A stretch of DNA of 64,000 nucleotides from positions 1,366,001 through 1,430,000 of the forward strand of contig MU058009.1 of assembly GCA_013265495.1 (NCBI GenBank), given 5' to 3'. This DNA is from Vicugna vicugna (Eukaryota). Position 1 is the stretch's first letter; the number at the start of each line of letters is the position of its first letter. Below the pieces are notes generated by a model, which had not been told where the DNA came from, did not search any database, and was given only the letters and a program-made list of their open reading frames with translations. Below, piece after piece: positions 25,501 to 37,640 of the stretch. The position numbers were made by a program, and so were the translations under genes.

Positions 25501-27311
25501 ATGATGGGGGGTTGTATGTGCAAAAGGAAAACCAAGAACTAGAAGAAAGAAAGGAAAGAAAAAGAAAGAAAGAAATTTTAACCTAATTCTTGAGACTTTC
25601 AGGGTGTTGTGTGTGTGCCTGTGTGTGTGTTTCACGAATCAACGACCCAGTGACCAGGCCCAGTCCACACTTCCAGAGCGCCCTCCTCCTAGTCCTGTCG
25701 TGGGCTCCTTCCTTATCACTGGCAACATCTGTTGCATATTCTCTGAGCCTCAACCAAACCCTTCCCACACAGCTAATTGCCAGGCATTCATTTTATCTGT
25801 GTCTGAAGAAAAAGAGAAGTAGGTGAGTCAAATATGCCAGGATTTTGACGTGTGGTGTGAAAGAGTGTGGGTGTTTGCAAAGCTGCGTTTTGCTCACTCC
25901 CCCAGGCTGGGGAACCTTTTGGGGATGACATGCAATTTGTCCACTTAGCCTTAATGTCTATGCCGGTTAAGAGGGGGCACTTCCCCAAAGACACCGTGTC
26001 AAAGAGGACGAGATGAATTGCCAGGGAATTGAGCCCAGAGCAGAAAGTATCTGTCACGGGACCCTCTTGGCTCTGTCGATTACTCAAAGCGATCGTGGAG
26101 GATTAAATGCGTTGTGGCTCAGAGTTTGGGGTCGAGGGTCACACCCACAACTAAATGCAAAGTGTTTTGAGGGGGAAGAGACAGACCAGCAGGCAGACAG
26201 GGCTGGCAGGGTGCTGATGTCCCTGCTGTCCCATGGCGACCACGTGCAGTGGGAGAGCCCATCATTCGTTTCTGGGAGCGTCTGAAGGAGGACAAGGTGG
26301 GGGGCGAGGGCAAGTCTCCCCAGCTCTGCGGTGCTCGACCTACGTCCGGGCAGGAAGCGCCATCTGGCCCCGAGCTTCTCGCCTCCTCCGTCTTATCATC
26401 TCCTTCCCGTCAGGATTGGGATGCTGAGACCGTTGGAGACCTTGCAGATGGCTTCTCTAATGAAGCCTTAACCAAAAACAGCTCTATATTTTGTCACTGC
26501 CAAGTATGGATACTCACGTGGGTAGAAATACAATCAGGGTGGATGTTGGATCCCAAAGTTTTGGTCTCAAAGAAGGACGTCTCCAGACCCCCATCCAGGG
26601 AGGTCCCTTGACCAGAACCCAGAGAGGGAACCGTGAAGAAGCTTTGGGGGAATTGGTATGTTTGTGCTGCTTCTGCCCAGGGTCAAGCTCTGCTGTTCTG
26701 GTGTCGAAGGAGCCGGGCTGCCTGCCGGGATTTCTGCTGAACAGAAAGGGCTTCAACCAAGGCTGAAGAAATGGACGAGATGTCACGTATCTGAGCAGGA
26801 AAGACTAAGAAAGAAAAGGATTCTGGGAGCTTCCATTTCTGAGCCCGTAAAGGGGGTCTTCTAAATTTATGCAAACTGAAGAATCATGGGTTAAAAAGTT
26901 CTATTAAAATTGTGGCCCCAGATCTTTATAACAAATCATTTCTGGAGCTAGCGCCCCAGTAAAGTTCCATCTGAAACCAGCAACAGGGTATTTGCATACA
27001 GGAAAAAAAGTTCCGAGGCTGGGTGTCTACTTGCGGCTACCTGGAGAGAATTTAGCAAAAACAATCTAAAGTCCCAGCAGAAAAGCTCCCGTGTAAGGTT
27101 CCTCTTCTCAGGCTGTAAACTTGACGTGTGAAGGAGAACACTGGGGATACTGAGGCACAGAGCAGCATTGGAAGACACTTGCAGACGCTTGTGAGTCTCC
27201 CTGAGCAAGTGACCCTCTGAGCCTCGACTTCCTTATCTGGAAAATTTGAGTCGTAGTATCTATTCCATCCATTTTGGAAATGAGATTAATCGTGGGGCCA
27301 ACTAAGGTGAC

Positions 27312-28296
27312 TGTCTTAGTCTGCTCCGGCCGCCGTGATAACTTGCCGAAGACTGAATGCCTTAAACAACAGACATTTATTTCTGTGCCCGGGGAGCCCT
27401 CTCCTCCCGCCTTGCCGACAGCTGTCTTCTGTTTTTGTTTTTGTTTTGAGTGAGGAATACGAGACTTTAACTTCAGCTCTCCATTTAGGTACTGCTCCAT
27501 TTCCTGCTCAGAACATCAAGAATTATGTCCACCTGTCAAGTCCTTGTCATCGTCAATGCTTTCGATAATAAGGGAACGTGGCTTTCCTGGCCTTCCACCT
27601 AAGATAAAACTTCTGCTTAACGATGTTTTCCCCTGTCCAGTGTGTTCTTTGTAATATTTTCACAGCCGTGCCTCTATTTCAATGAAAGTGGAAAATCCCA
27701 CCTTATAATTTCTACTTTTCAATTAATTTCTGTATTTTGTAGAATGAAATCCAACTAATTATTCCCCATTCTTTTAATTGAAATGTAGTTGATTGACAAT
27801 ATTGTGTTAGTTTCTGGTATAATATATATATATATTTCTTTTCCGTATTCTTTTTCATTATAGGTTATTACAAGGTATTGACTAGAGTTCCCTGTGCTGT
27901 GCAGTAGGACCTTGTTGTTTATCTATTTTATACAGAGTGTCCCTGCTAATCACAAACTCCGAATTTATCCCTCCCCTCCCCTTTCCCCCTTTGGTGACCA
28001 TAAGTTTGTTTTCTGTGTCTGTGAGTCTGTTTCTGTTTTACAAATAAGTTCATTTGTCTCATTGTTTGAGTCCACATATAAGCGATGTCATATGGTATTT
28101 GTCCTTCTCTGTCTGACTTCACTCAGTAAGAGGCTCTCTAGGTCCATCCATGTTGCTGCCAATGGACAGCCATCTTCTTGCTCCTCTTCACGTAAGGACA
28201 CTAATCTCACCATGGGGGCTCCACCCTCACGGCCTCATCTAAGCTTAATTGCCTCCCCAGGCCAGGTATTGCCACACTGGGGATTAGAGCTTCAAC
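27312..28296 (-). mobile_element. MaLR LTR (MLT1A-like) split by a retro-insertion
   Basis: Left part 'tgtcttagtctgctccggccgcc...ttaaacaacagacatttatttct...' runs to 27430. Right part resumes at 28165 '...taaggacactaatctcaccatgggggctccaccctc...gcttcaac'. Confidence 0.8.
27431..28164 (-). mobile_element. 5'-truncated L1 3' end carrying ~320 bp of downstream unique sequence (3' transduction)
   Basis: L1 3' end ~27771-28164, unique DNA 27448-27770, tail (GTTTTT)n 27431-27447. TSD gacagc(tg/ca)tcttct at 27417-27430 and 28165-28178. Confidence 0.8.
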
Positions 28297-28364
28297 CCCC
28301 CTGTCCCACTATGTGTGAAGAAAGTGAGCTCCTGCCATGTTCAGGGTTAAACAGTAGTTGTCAG

Positions 28365-28620
28365 GGCAGGCTGGCTCAGAGGATAAGGAAACAGATAAAC
28401 CAGGCAGTAAGTTCCACTTTCATCCTTTCGCAAGCATTGTCCTTGGGCAATTTATTTCATCTTTCTAAGGCTCAGTTTCTTCATTGGTAAAAGAGGGATG
28501 GTAATAACAATGCCTGTTTTATCAGAGTGGTGGTCAAGTTTAAATCAGACTGCGTGTGTTCCATGCACACGTTATTCCATAGTAACACAGAGCAAGCGTG
28601 TGATAAATAGTGTTCATATT
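28365..28620 (+). mobile_element. MIR SINE
   Basis: 'ccttgggcaatttatttcatctttctaaggctcagtttcttcattggtaaaagagggatggtaataacaatgcctg'. Confidence 0.7.
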
Positions 28621-30973
28621 AAATGCTACTGAATGGTAAATGCCTCTGCTGTGCTTTGTTATTGTTACTAGATTATCCATCACAGAGTTGGAATAAGCAC
28701 TCCAGTCTCCTGCCATCCGGTGTTCTTCACCAAAAGAGTTTGAATCCAGCAAAGCCAATTAAGGGCCAGAACAATTTCTTTCTTAATGATAAATCTTATT
28801 AGAGCTCCCGGCTGTTTGTTGCAAGTGAACAGCCAAGTTGAGTGCACGAGAAAGCCAGTTCCTGGACGTGTTCATCAAAGGGCCAGTAAATAGAACAGGA
28901 CCCAGGTGATAAACCTCAGATGATTTTTGCTGAGCTTTGCACCTAGAATATCTATTTTTTTTTCCCCTGAAAATCAAGGACTGGTTTGAAGCCACAGGTA
29001 AGATTTTCTTGTGCAAAGAAACATTACTGGGCCCACTTTTCCGCAGATAGCTTGGCTGTGAAGGGAAACTTTTTATCATGTAGCACTTGCTTTCTTTCTT
29101 ACTGCCTATTTCTTAATGTTTGGAATTGCTACTTTACGTTCCTAAATCAAGAACATAATAATAATAATAATAATAATAACAACAAAAAATCAAAGCATAG
29201 GGCGCCCAGTCAGAGCTGGTAGGGTTACTCAGTGTTCAAGGACCAAGTTCTCTGCCAGAGGGCTGGATGTTTGCCTCATATCCAAGCTCTGGGCTTAAGT
29301 AGAAAAAAGCTAATGGATTAACCCTGACAGATGACTGATGCGCTCAGCACGCACAGGCCCCAAGCCAGAAATCAGCCCTCGGTACAGACGGCAGCCATGT
29401 CTGGGGGTGCCGGACGGGGCTGATAACAGGACCGGAAACCCATCAGAGACACCCACCCCCTTACCTCTGGGCCTCATCAAAATTACCTGCCAAAGAGACA
29501 CTGCTCCGGAGCAGCACCTTGTCAGACGATTTTGTAATAGAAAGCAGCTGTCCCTGCTGGGAGGCGGGGGTGGGAGGAGTGAAGAGAACGGGGGAAGGAG
29601 CCATTCATAACTTTCCGGCTTGCGCAGAATTGTAAGCTGCAATCACAAAGCAAGTAAGGCCGGGAAATTCTAGGGACCCCGTGGGAATGATATTATCCTC
29701 CTCTCGGGGACGGACAGGAAATCAAAGCTACTGAATTTAAATCACAGATGACTGTTAATCCTTAGCCAGGGGTTTAAAGTAGGGTCTGGATGCTGCTTGG
29801 AGCATCCTGGGGACCCCAGAGGTACAGAGCTCCGATCAGGCAATCTGGACAGGGGGAGAGTCTCCCCTGCCCAGAACAGCGCCTGTGGCGTGGTGTGTGC
29901 TCAGTGTATACTCGCTGAATACACGGTTAAAGAAGTTCACGACATGCATTTTCTGGGGCTGAATGGAGTGGATTGTTCCTTGAGCGGATAAGAGTTTGAC
30001 TCAATGTTTTATCACTTACCAGCTGCACTGTCTGCCTTTGGAAAGTTTCTTGGTACAACCGACCCTAGGTGGTTTATCTACAAAAGGGGATTTGGACAGC
30101 TACATTGTATGGTTTTAGAGATTATTACATTGGGTATGATTGCATTGGTAAGTTTCTGGCATCAAACAGAAGCTCAGTTAATAATAGGAGGTATGGTGGA
30201 CCGTGTGGTCCTGAGATCACACCACGCCTATTAGGGCGTATGAATGACTTCCAGATATAACAGGAAAGGGTCACAGTGATACCACTGTTACTGAGAAACG
30301 CTCGGGACAGACTGACCCCTTGCCAACAGGAGTCAGCGGGGAGAGCCCTGGTCCGCTTCCTGGTCGCCTCACACGCTGAGCTCATTATACAGAATTGCTC
30401 CCCGGGAACGGAGGGCTGACGTGGCCTGGGGTGGCCAGCTAAAGCAAGAAAGAAAGGGCATGTGAAGAGAAGCAGATGCCAGACATGGGAGGTGGGAGCT
30501 GTCATGTCTGCCATCAGCTTTGCCATTGCTTGTGCTCATGTAGAGGCAATTTAGTTTTTCAATTAGATCCGCTTCTCTTTATTTGAGGAAGAAATTGATC
30601 TCTCTGTACAAACACATAAATGCATACGCATATGCCAGTACACATATCCACACAATGAATAAAAAGGTTAATGGAATAATTTAATGTCATTCAAAATCAA
30701 TGTCTTCAAAATTCAAGTGTATGTGCCACACTTATAACAGGAACAGGAAGCTATCTGTGCATAAGGATTCATAAGAAAATAAGAAAGAGGTCTTGGAAGC
30801 TATAAACATGATTACTATGTACATATAGTCACTCTAAGGGGCGTGCACACACGCAGACATGAACAAAAATGCAGCTTCCGAACGTCCTGTATAAACGCTT
30901 CTTGTGTAAGATATTTAATTCCAGATGATGTATGACCATCACATTAGGATTCTAGCCTTTCCTGTTGTCTCAG

Positions 30974-31512
30974 ATCACCTGCCACCCGTCCTTGAATGCT
31001 TCTGAGTCTGCACTGCAGCTCCACGGGGCTTCCTCAGGGGGTGTATGCCACCCCACTTTTCGGATGGAGGCTCAGCATGATAGGAAAGACCTGGTAACCT
31101 TGGATGATGGAGTTACTATGGAAACGTTTCAATGTGGGGAGACCCACCCTGGGTTTAATGCAAATCCAGTGTCGGGAAACGGGACACTTAAAAATGGATC
31201 AGGACAGAGCTGTCCTGACTGTGTGGCTTCAGGGTCTTCTGAAATCCCTCTGAAACAATAGCACGGTCAGCTTCGTCTTCCTCTCGGAGCACTGGAATCT
31301 GCCCAATCACCTGGGAGGACTGCTCTGTACAGTTTGAGAAAGTTCCTGTGGGTGTTTCTGATTCGCAGCACCTCCACTCCACCAGAGCTTGGTTGACGAC
31401 CACAGGTCACAAGGCACAGCAAACAGTCAACACAGGGCTTCCTGACATCAGTCACTTCAAAGACCTTACAGAAAAGCAACAATTTGGAAACAAATGAGTC
31501 CAGGATGAAAAT
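30974..31512 (+). ncRNA. Candidate exon / promoter-proximal first exon of a non-coding transcript
   Basis: Acceptor 'ctttcctgttgtctcag|ATC', donor 'AAAAT|gtaagt'. Stops in all frames. RFX X-box GTTACTATGGAAAC at 31112-31125. Confidence 0.3.
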
Positions 31513-31845
31513 GTAAGTCTCTATAAAATCTTCATCCGCAAAGGAACAACTCTTTCCCCTGCCAAGGTCATTTAAGAGTCATGTGTCTTTATTCTGGTCA
31601 CCTGGGTATTTACAGGCAGCTCCCAAACATTTCAGTGTGCTGTGGTTTTACGAAATACAGGGCAGCATAGAGATTCCTTCATTCCTTTTTTATTCTTACC
31701 ATCTCTGAGCCTCGTGTTCTCCAGTCACAAAGGGAGTAATGCTGTTAACCCTCAGTTCCGCTGTGAGGAATGTGGTTATGTTACATGAGATAAAAACACA
31801 ATAAGCAGGTGCTCAGTGTGTGAAAGCTATTCTTGTCCTTCGCTT

Positions 31846-32055
31846 ATTTTTTTTTTAATTGAAGTACAGTTAATTACAATGTGTCCATTCCTGGTGCACA
31901 GCACAATGTCCCAATCACGCTACACATTCATATATTTGTTTTCATATTTTTTTCATTAAAGGCTATTACAAGATATTCAACATAGTTCCCTGTGCTGTGC
32001 AGAAGAAGTTTTTACAATCTATTTTATAGATAGTGGCTAACATTTGTAAATATCA
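31846..32055 (-). mobile_element. Camelid L1 3' end fragment
   Basis: Poly(T) then 'aattgaagtacagttaattacaatgtg...ttacaagatattcaacatagttccctgtgctg'. Confidence 0.85.
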
Positions 32056-33849
32056 CGATGCCATATGGTCATCATGGTAGTAACTAGATCTCAGAGTCAA
32101 GTTCAAGTTCACAGTCACGTCTAATAATCCGGGTGGCATTCTGTGATCTTTGCATGTTGACATGATTCTTGAGTTTGCTTAGGGTCTAGAGCAGATTCAT
32201 GCTGCACTCAGTCTCTTTCTCTCTTTTTCCTCTTGTTCATACTTGCCCATTATCTTCTCCCTCAAGTGAATCTGATTGCCAGGAAACAGTCAGTTGTGAA
32301 ATATATCTCAACATTGCATTTCCTTGGATAGTCAGCTCTCCCCGGGATCTGGCATCGCTCTTTCTGGTGAGGTCAGTGTGATGCCAAACTGAGTCACTGG
32401 CTCCCGCCCTTTTTCCAAAGAAAATAGAAGAACAACTCCAGGGAAGCTTTCTGTTGTTGTTAGTTTCTCGGTCTCCAGTTTCATTTCTATCATAGGTGGC
32501 ATCAGCTATCGGATGTGTAGCTGACAGAGCAGTTCGTTTGCCTGCAAAGCATCATTCAGTTCAGCTGATTCAGCAAAACTCTTGAGTGTGAATGTGCCTC
32601 TGTGTGTGTGTGTGTGTGTGGTTGTGTGTACGGGGTTCAATGCCTGAGTTTTCACATTAGCTGGAAAAGGCGATCTGTCTCTAGATTAATGATAAACAGG
32701 GTTCAGGGCACAGTTCCTAGGTTGCGTTTCATTTGGAGCTTCTCAAGCTGCATTTAGCAGATACTAAGTTATGATGACCTTTGGAAAATTCACAAGTTTA
32801 CAGCAGTCCAGGAAACTAGTGAGCTCTTATTCATAAAAACAGGTGCTAAAGAACTTAAGGTCATAGAAGAATCAGGAATCAGGACTTTGCATAGCAAGTG
32901 ACATTTGGTAAAGGAATACATAAAAGAATGAATGAATGACATGATTTTCTATTTATAATAACATCAAAGGAAATCATATGCCTTATGTTTAAATTTCTAC
33001 TATGTCTGCATTTTAGCATCATCAAGAGATACTACCCTTGATTTTTTCACTTCGGTTTCCTTCGAATCGCCTAAACTGTGTCTCTTCTGCCAAATCCGTC
33101 AAGTCATGCAAGTTTTTTCAAGAAAATGATTGAAAGGTGGCATGCACTTAATTATAATAAAGCAATTTAAACTGGCTGAGGGGCTTTCGGTGTTTTCTCT
33201 CATATAAGTGTTAGTTAACAGGAAAAGGAGTTCATTAAAACTTTTCCATAATCTGTTTTCTTTTTATGGTTTTCTCGCAAAATTTGTAATTAATGAGACA
33301 AGAAAAAAAAACCCAAAGAGCTAATCCATGATATTTTGATATTATACTGTAAGACATAGAAATTCTTTCCTAACTTATTCATATCAAATCTAAGGGAAAA
33401 TAAATTTTAATATAAACATGCAAAACTCCTCAACATAAATGCCAGTGCTTTTGTTCTGATAAAAACACAAGGGTCCCTAAGCAGACATTTGACATGCTTT
33501 ATCCATGAATCAAGGCATCACAACACTACATTTACTGCACATGTGTTTATGTAAATTTGAGTTTTAAAATGCCCATTTCTGGTTTCCCAATAATATGAAA
33601 TCCTACACTAAACGCATAAATCCAGTAACTCACAATTTCGTGTCTTGGCTGGTCAAGCATTTTATCATTTTAAAATACAGTATTGCAAAAATAATTGTAG
33701 TAGTTCGGCAACTGTGTTTTGATAATTGTAGCTTGTTGGTATCAACAGAGATTGGACAGATTTCAGCACGGCTCTTCCCAATGTTTAAGGACAAAATAAC
33801 AACTATATTATCCATCTTGTGCTCACAATGTAACAAATACCAGGTATTG

Positions 33850-34070
33850 ATTTATTGAGCATTTTCCACATGTCAGTCAATTTACATTTCTGTCATATAA
33901 TCTTTCAACATCGCTGCTGAGTGGATAGATTATTTTTATTTTCATCTGCAGGTAAGAAAATGAGGTTTGGAGAGGTCAGGTTTGGAATGTACCCAAGTTA
34001 ATAAAAAATAAATAAATAGGTGCTGGAAATGAAACCGAGTTATGTATGACCTCTGAGTCTATGAGCTGTG
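33850..34070 (-). mobile_element. MIR SINE
   Basis: 'atttattgagcattttccacatgtcag...tgcaggtaagaaaatgaggtttggagaggtc'. Confidence 0.65.
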
Positions 34071-34524
34071 ATATCTCTCTGCTATCTTGACTTAAGTTGG
34101 CCAAAATAATAATAAGAATGTACACACAGCCCTTACATTTAAGGAATAATCACATTCCAAAGGGCTTACACATGTCTGTGTATTCCTCCTGAAAGGTTGA
34201 AGACAGTGTGTCCTTTGCAGGGCGTAAGAGTCGCCACGGCCCCGGTATCTTGTGTTTTGAGGCGTGTATCTGGAATCCTGCCTCAAAGTCCACTGTGTCT
34301 GGGAGGTCAGAGGCACACGTCCTTACATCACGGACCCTGAGGAAGGTGTGTGCCAACTGATTCCTCTCTCTGTGAGGTATCAACGGCCGCAAATGTAACT
34401 CCCAAAAATAAATGTGATTTTCTTAACAATGTTGAGGTGTGGAAATGTAAATTAGATGAAATTTTCTGAGAATTGTCTCTCTTGGGCTATACCCCCTGGT
34501 GTTTTGAAACAGTTCAAAGCAAAA

Positions 34525-34635
34525 GGGGTGGGGTATAGCTCAGCAGTTGAGCATGTGCTTAGCACGTAGGAGGTCTTGGGTTCAATCCCCAGTACCTATA
34601 TTAACAACAACAATAACAATAATAATAATTTTTTT
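34525..34635 (+). mobile_element. tRNA-Ala-derived camelid SINE (Vic-1-type)
   Basis: 'ggggtggggtatagctcagcagttgagcatgtgcttagcacgtaggaggtcttgggttcaatccccagtacc' plus (AAC)/(AAT) tail. Confidence 0.85.
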
Positions 34636-35609
34636 AAGAACTATAAGAAGCAAAGGCTAAACAATTCCACTGAAGTTTGCATCCCAGATGAACTCCCAAA
34701 TGTCCCGAACATATGGCTTCTTTGAGAATTCTTTCACCTCAACTTTTTACCCACATGTATTTCAGAAGAAAGCAATTCTGTGTCATTTTTACTCATTTCA
34801 TCAAAATGCTGCTGAGTCATTCCCTTGGGCTCTGTAAGCTACTTCAGTAAGTCTGATTTTAAGCCAAGATGCTACAAATTATTAAGTCTTATAAAAATGC
34901 AGCTTTCCAAAGATGTGAACTTTACTGGGCATGTTAAAAATCACAGGAAGAGCCCTAAAAAATTTTCACTTTGCATATAAGGATATTCAGCTGAAAGCTT
35001 GTCAGAGAATGGCCAAGATGGATCCCTTTACAGCAGAGGGGAGACAAGGAGGCTCTGGCCACTACACGACCTGCACAATCATTCAGCCTCGGTTCCCATA
35101 ACAATGCCACCACTTCCTTCTATAACCCCTCTGATCACCATTTGCTTAGGGAATCAGCTTTTAAAGATACGCAGGTGTTAGTTTGAGACAACATATGTAA
35201 AATGAGATTCAAATTCTTGATCATCACAGGGATCAATAAACAAAATCTATGATTTTGATCTGGAGTCACAGGTCATCAGAAATGTACACTAACACATACA
35301 GACTGGCGAGCGCCACAGGAGAGACCAGCCGCCCCCTTGGACAGTTTTGCGCATGCTGTACAGGAAGAGCCCTTCAGGGCACCACGGAAACCAACAACTG
35401 CAATGCGAAGGCAATGGACCCCGCCTCGCCACTCCCACGGACTGGTAACACCCGAACCCTGGGAGACGTCTAGCCACAGATGGAGATGTTCCTCGTAAAG
35501 ATTAACTCATTTTCATCATAATGGAGCCTGCAAGAGCAATGGATATTCTAGTAGATAAGAACATCCCTCTTAGGTCTACACTGCCAGGATTCAAATCATG
35601 ACTGTCGTT

Positions 35610-36603
35610 CATAGTCAGCCACATAATTTGCAGGGCCCAGATCAAACGAAAAATTCGGGGTCCCTTGTCCAAAAATCAGGGGGAGAATGCCCTTAAAGAT
35701 CCCAAAAAGATGCAGCTTCTTCTTTCTTACACAGTTTATCTTGCTTGTCATAGTGTTTTATTTGCTCTTTAATGTCATTGCGATTTTAAATTCTCAGCAC
35801 AAATGTCACCATCCATTTTAAGTTGTGCCATACCAGTTCAAATGCAAGTATAAGAGCATTTAAATTGCAGAATCACGGAATTGTCTGCATGAATTATGCA
35901 ATTCGTATTCCAGGGCGCGTGTACGCCTGTGTGTTTTGTTCTCACCAAAACTACGGAAACCCGGCACTGAACTAAGCCAACTGTTCCTTCTTTCACTTTT
36001 TGACACGTGATCATTCCGCCAACCCTCTCCACCATTGGCTTACTGATGAGTGAGGGGCAACGAAGGGGAAAGAAATTATGGGTTGGCCTTTCACTTTCCT
36101 TCTGTGTCATAGTTTCAAGCACAAGTTGTGGGTGGATCCAGGGAAGAAACAGGAGTCAGAAGGGGCACGACAGGGTGCCGCGACCCTGGCATTCTTAGAC
36201 TGCCCTTGCCTTCTTTCTGTGTTCACTGCAAGTTCTAGTTGAATAGAAAGTGTGACCTCCTGGGGCTCCCAGCGCCCCTACTTAGTCATAGGTGAAACTT
36301 GCTTACCCTGTCCTTACTCTGAGTCTCTCTGAACCCCCATGCAAAGTGTGTTGGCTGGAATTCTGTGTTCATGGAACACCATGAACACTACACGTGAACT
36401 GAGCGAACAAGCAACTCCTATATTACGCATGCTCACATGTATGATCTATGGCCCATTGACCTTCATTTACAACCACAAGTTCAAAGATAAAATTATTAAG
36501 AAATTTAAGACAATGACAACAGAACATTGTATCAAACATGGGTCCCCCTGAGCATGGAGCCTTGTGTGATTGCTCAGGGTAAACACCCATAAAGCCAGCC
36601 CTG
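35610..36603 (-). mobile_element. MER45-type (hAT-Tip100) DNA transposon, ~1 kb, inserted in a MIR
   Basis: Both MER45-like termini: 'catagtcagccacataatttgcagggcccag...' and '...tgattgctcagggtaaacacccataaagccagccctg'. MIR halves on either side ('ggattcaaatc' / 'tactagctgtgtgacttcaggc...ctctgtgcctcagtttc'). Confidence 0.8.
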
Positions 36604-36794
36604 CCCTTACTAGCTGTGTGACTTCAGGCATATTACTAAACCTCTCTGTGCCTCAGTTTCTTCTGCAAGTTAGAAAAACTAATTGTACCTATCTCATAAA
36701 TGTGTTATAAAAAAACAAGTATATTATTAGATAAAGTTCTTGAAAGAGTGCCGTGACATATAGAGCAATGTAAGTGATAGCTATTACTGCCATT

Positions 36795-37266
36795 CTATTT
36801 ATTTATTTATTTTACTAACATGTAATTGGTTTATAATGTTGTGTCAATTTCTGGTGTACAGCATAATAGTTCATTCATACAGATACATACAGATATTTGT
36901 TTTCACATTCTTTTTCATTAAAGGTTACTACAAAAATATTGAATATAGATCCCTGTGCTCTGCAGTATGAACTTGTTGTTTAGCTATTTTATATACAGTA
37001 GCAAATATCTGCAAATCTCAAATTTCCAACCTATCCATTCCCACCCTCTTCCCCTCCAGTAACTGTACGTTTGCTTTCTATGTCTGTGAGTCTGTTTCTG
37101 TTTTGTGAATAAGTTTGTTTGTCTTTTTTTAGATTCCACTTATAAGTGGTATCATATGGGATTTTTCTTTCCCTTTCTGGCTCACTTAGTATGACCATCT
37201 CCAGGTCCATGCATGTTGCCGCAAATGGCATTTATTCTTTTTTATGGCTGAGTAGTATTCCATTGC
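36795..37266 (-). mobile_element. 5'-truncated camelid L1 with TSD
   Basis: Minus ORF 'MPFAATCMDLEMVILSE...'. TSD attactgccatt at 36783-36794 and 37267-37278. Confidence 0.9.
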
Positions 37267-37429
37267 ATTACTGCCATTTTCTCATCATCATCATCATCAT
37301 CATCACCAATTTGTTTTGGGGGGATAGGTGGATAAAGACATGGCCTTCAAATGAAATTTAAGGATGATCCTTGTATATCTGAATCATCCTTGTCCACAAA
37401 TTGTCCCAAGGGCCACAGAAACCTTACAA

Positions 37430-37640
37430 TCAGGTTTTTTCTCCACTGGCATGACTGCTATTTTAGGTCGGATAACTCATTGTTGTGGGGGTAGGGGCTG
37501 TCCTGGGACTTGTCGGATACTTAGAGCATCCCTGGCTTCCAGCCATGAAGACAGAGACCGCCATCCCAGTAGGACAACCAAAAGTGGCTTTGGGCCCGGC
37601 CGAGGTCTCCTAGGAGGCCAAAGCCCTGCCCCCCCCACCC
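37430..37640. mobile_element. MER20 (hAT-Charlie) DNA transposon
   Basis: 'ttttaggtcggataactcattgttgtggggg...gctgtcctgggacttgtcggatacttagagcatccctggc...gacaaccaaaagtg' matches the recalled MER20 consensus. Confidence 0.8.

Noticed and set aside
25015..25635. 206-aa minus-strand ORF over the CpG island
   Set aside because: No recognisable domain; GC-rich DNA is stop-poor; the N-terminus derives from CA- and T-rich simple sequence.
27894..28490. 198-aa plus-strand ORF
   Set aside because: It runs through antisense L1, MLT1A and MIR sequence, so it is a chance chimeric frame.
30965..31261. 98-aa ORF as a coding exon or pseudogene
   Set aside because: I recognise no homology, and all frames stop before the downstream donor. 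Kept only as a non-coding exon candidate.
34525..34600. tRNA-Ala gene
   Set aside because: Extra 5' Gs, mutated D arm and a simple-repeat tail, with three related copies in the window. It is a SINE head.
35326..35343. CTCF motif (reverse complement TGTCCAAGGGGGCGGCTG)
   Set aside because: The 5' half does not fit the CCASYAG spacing.
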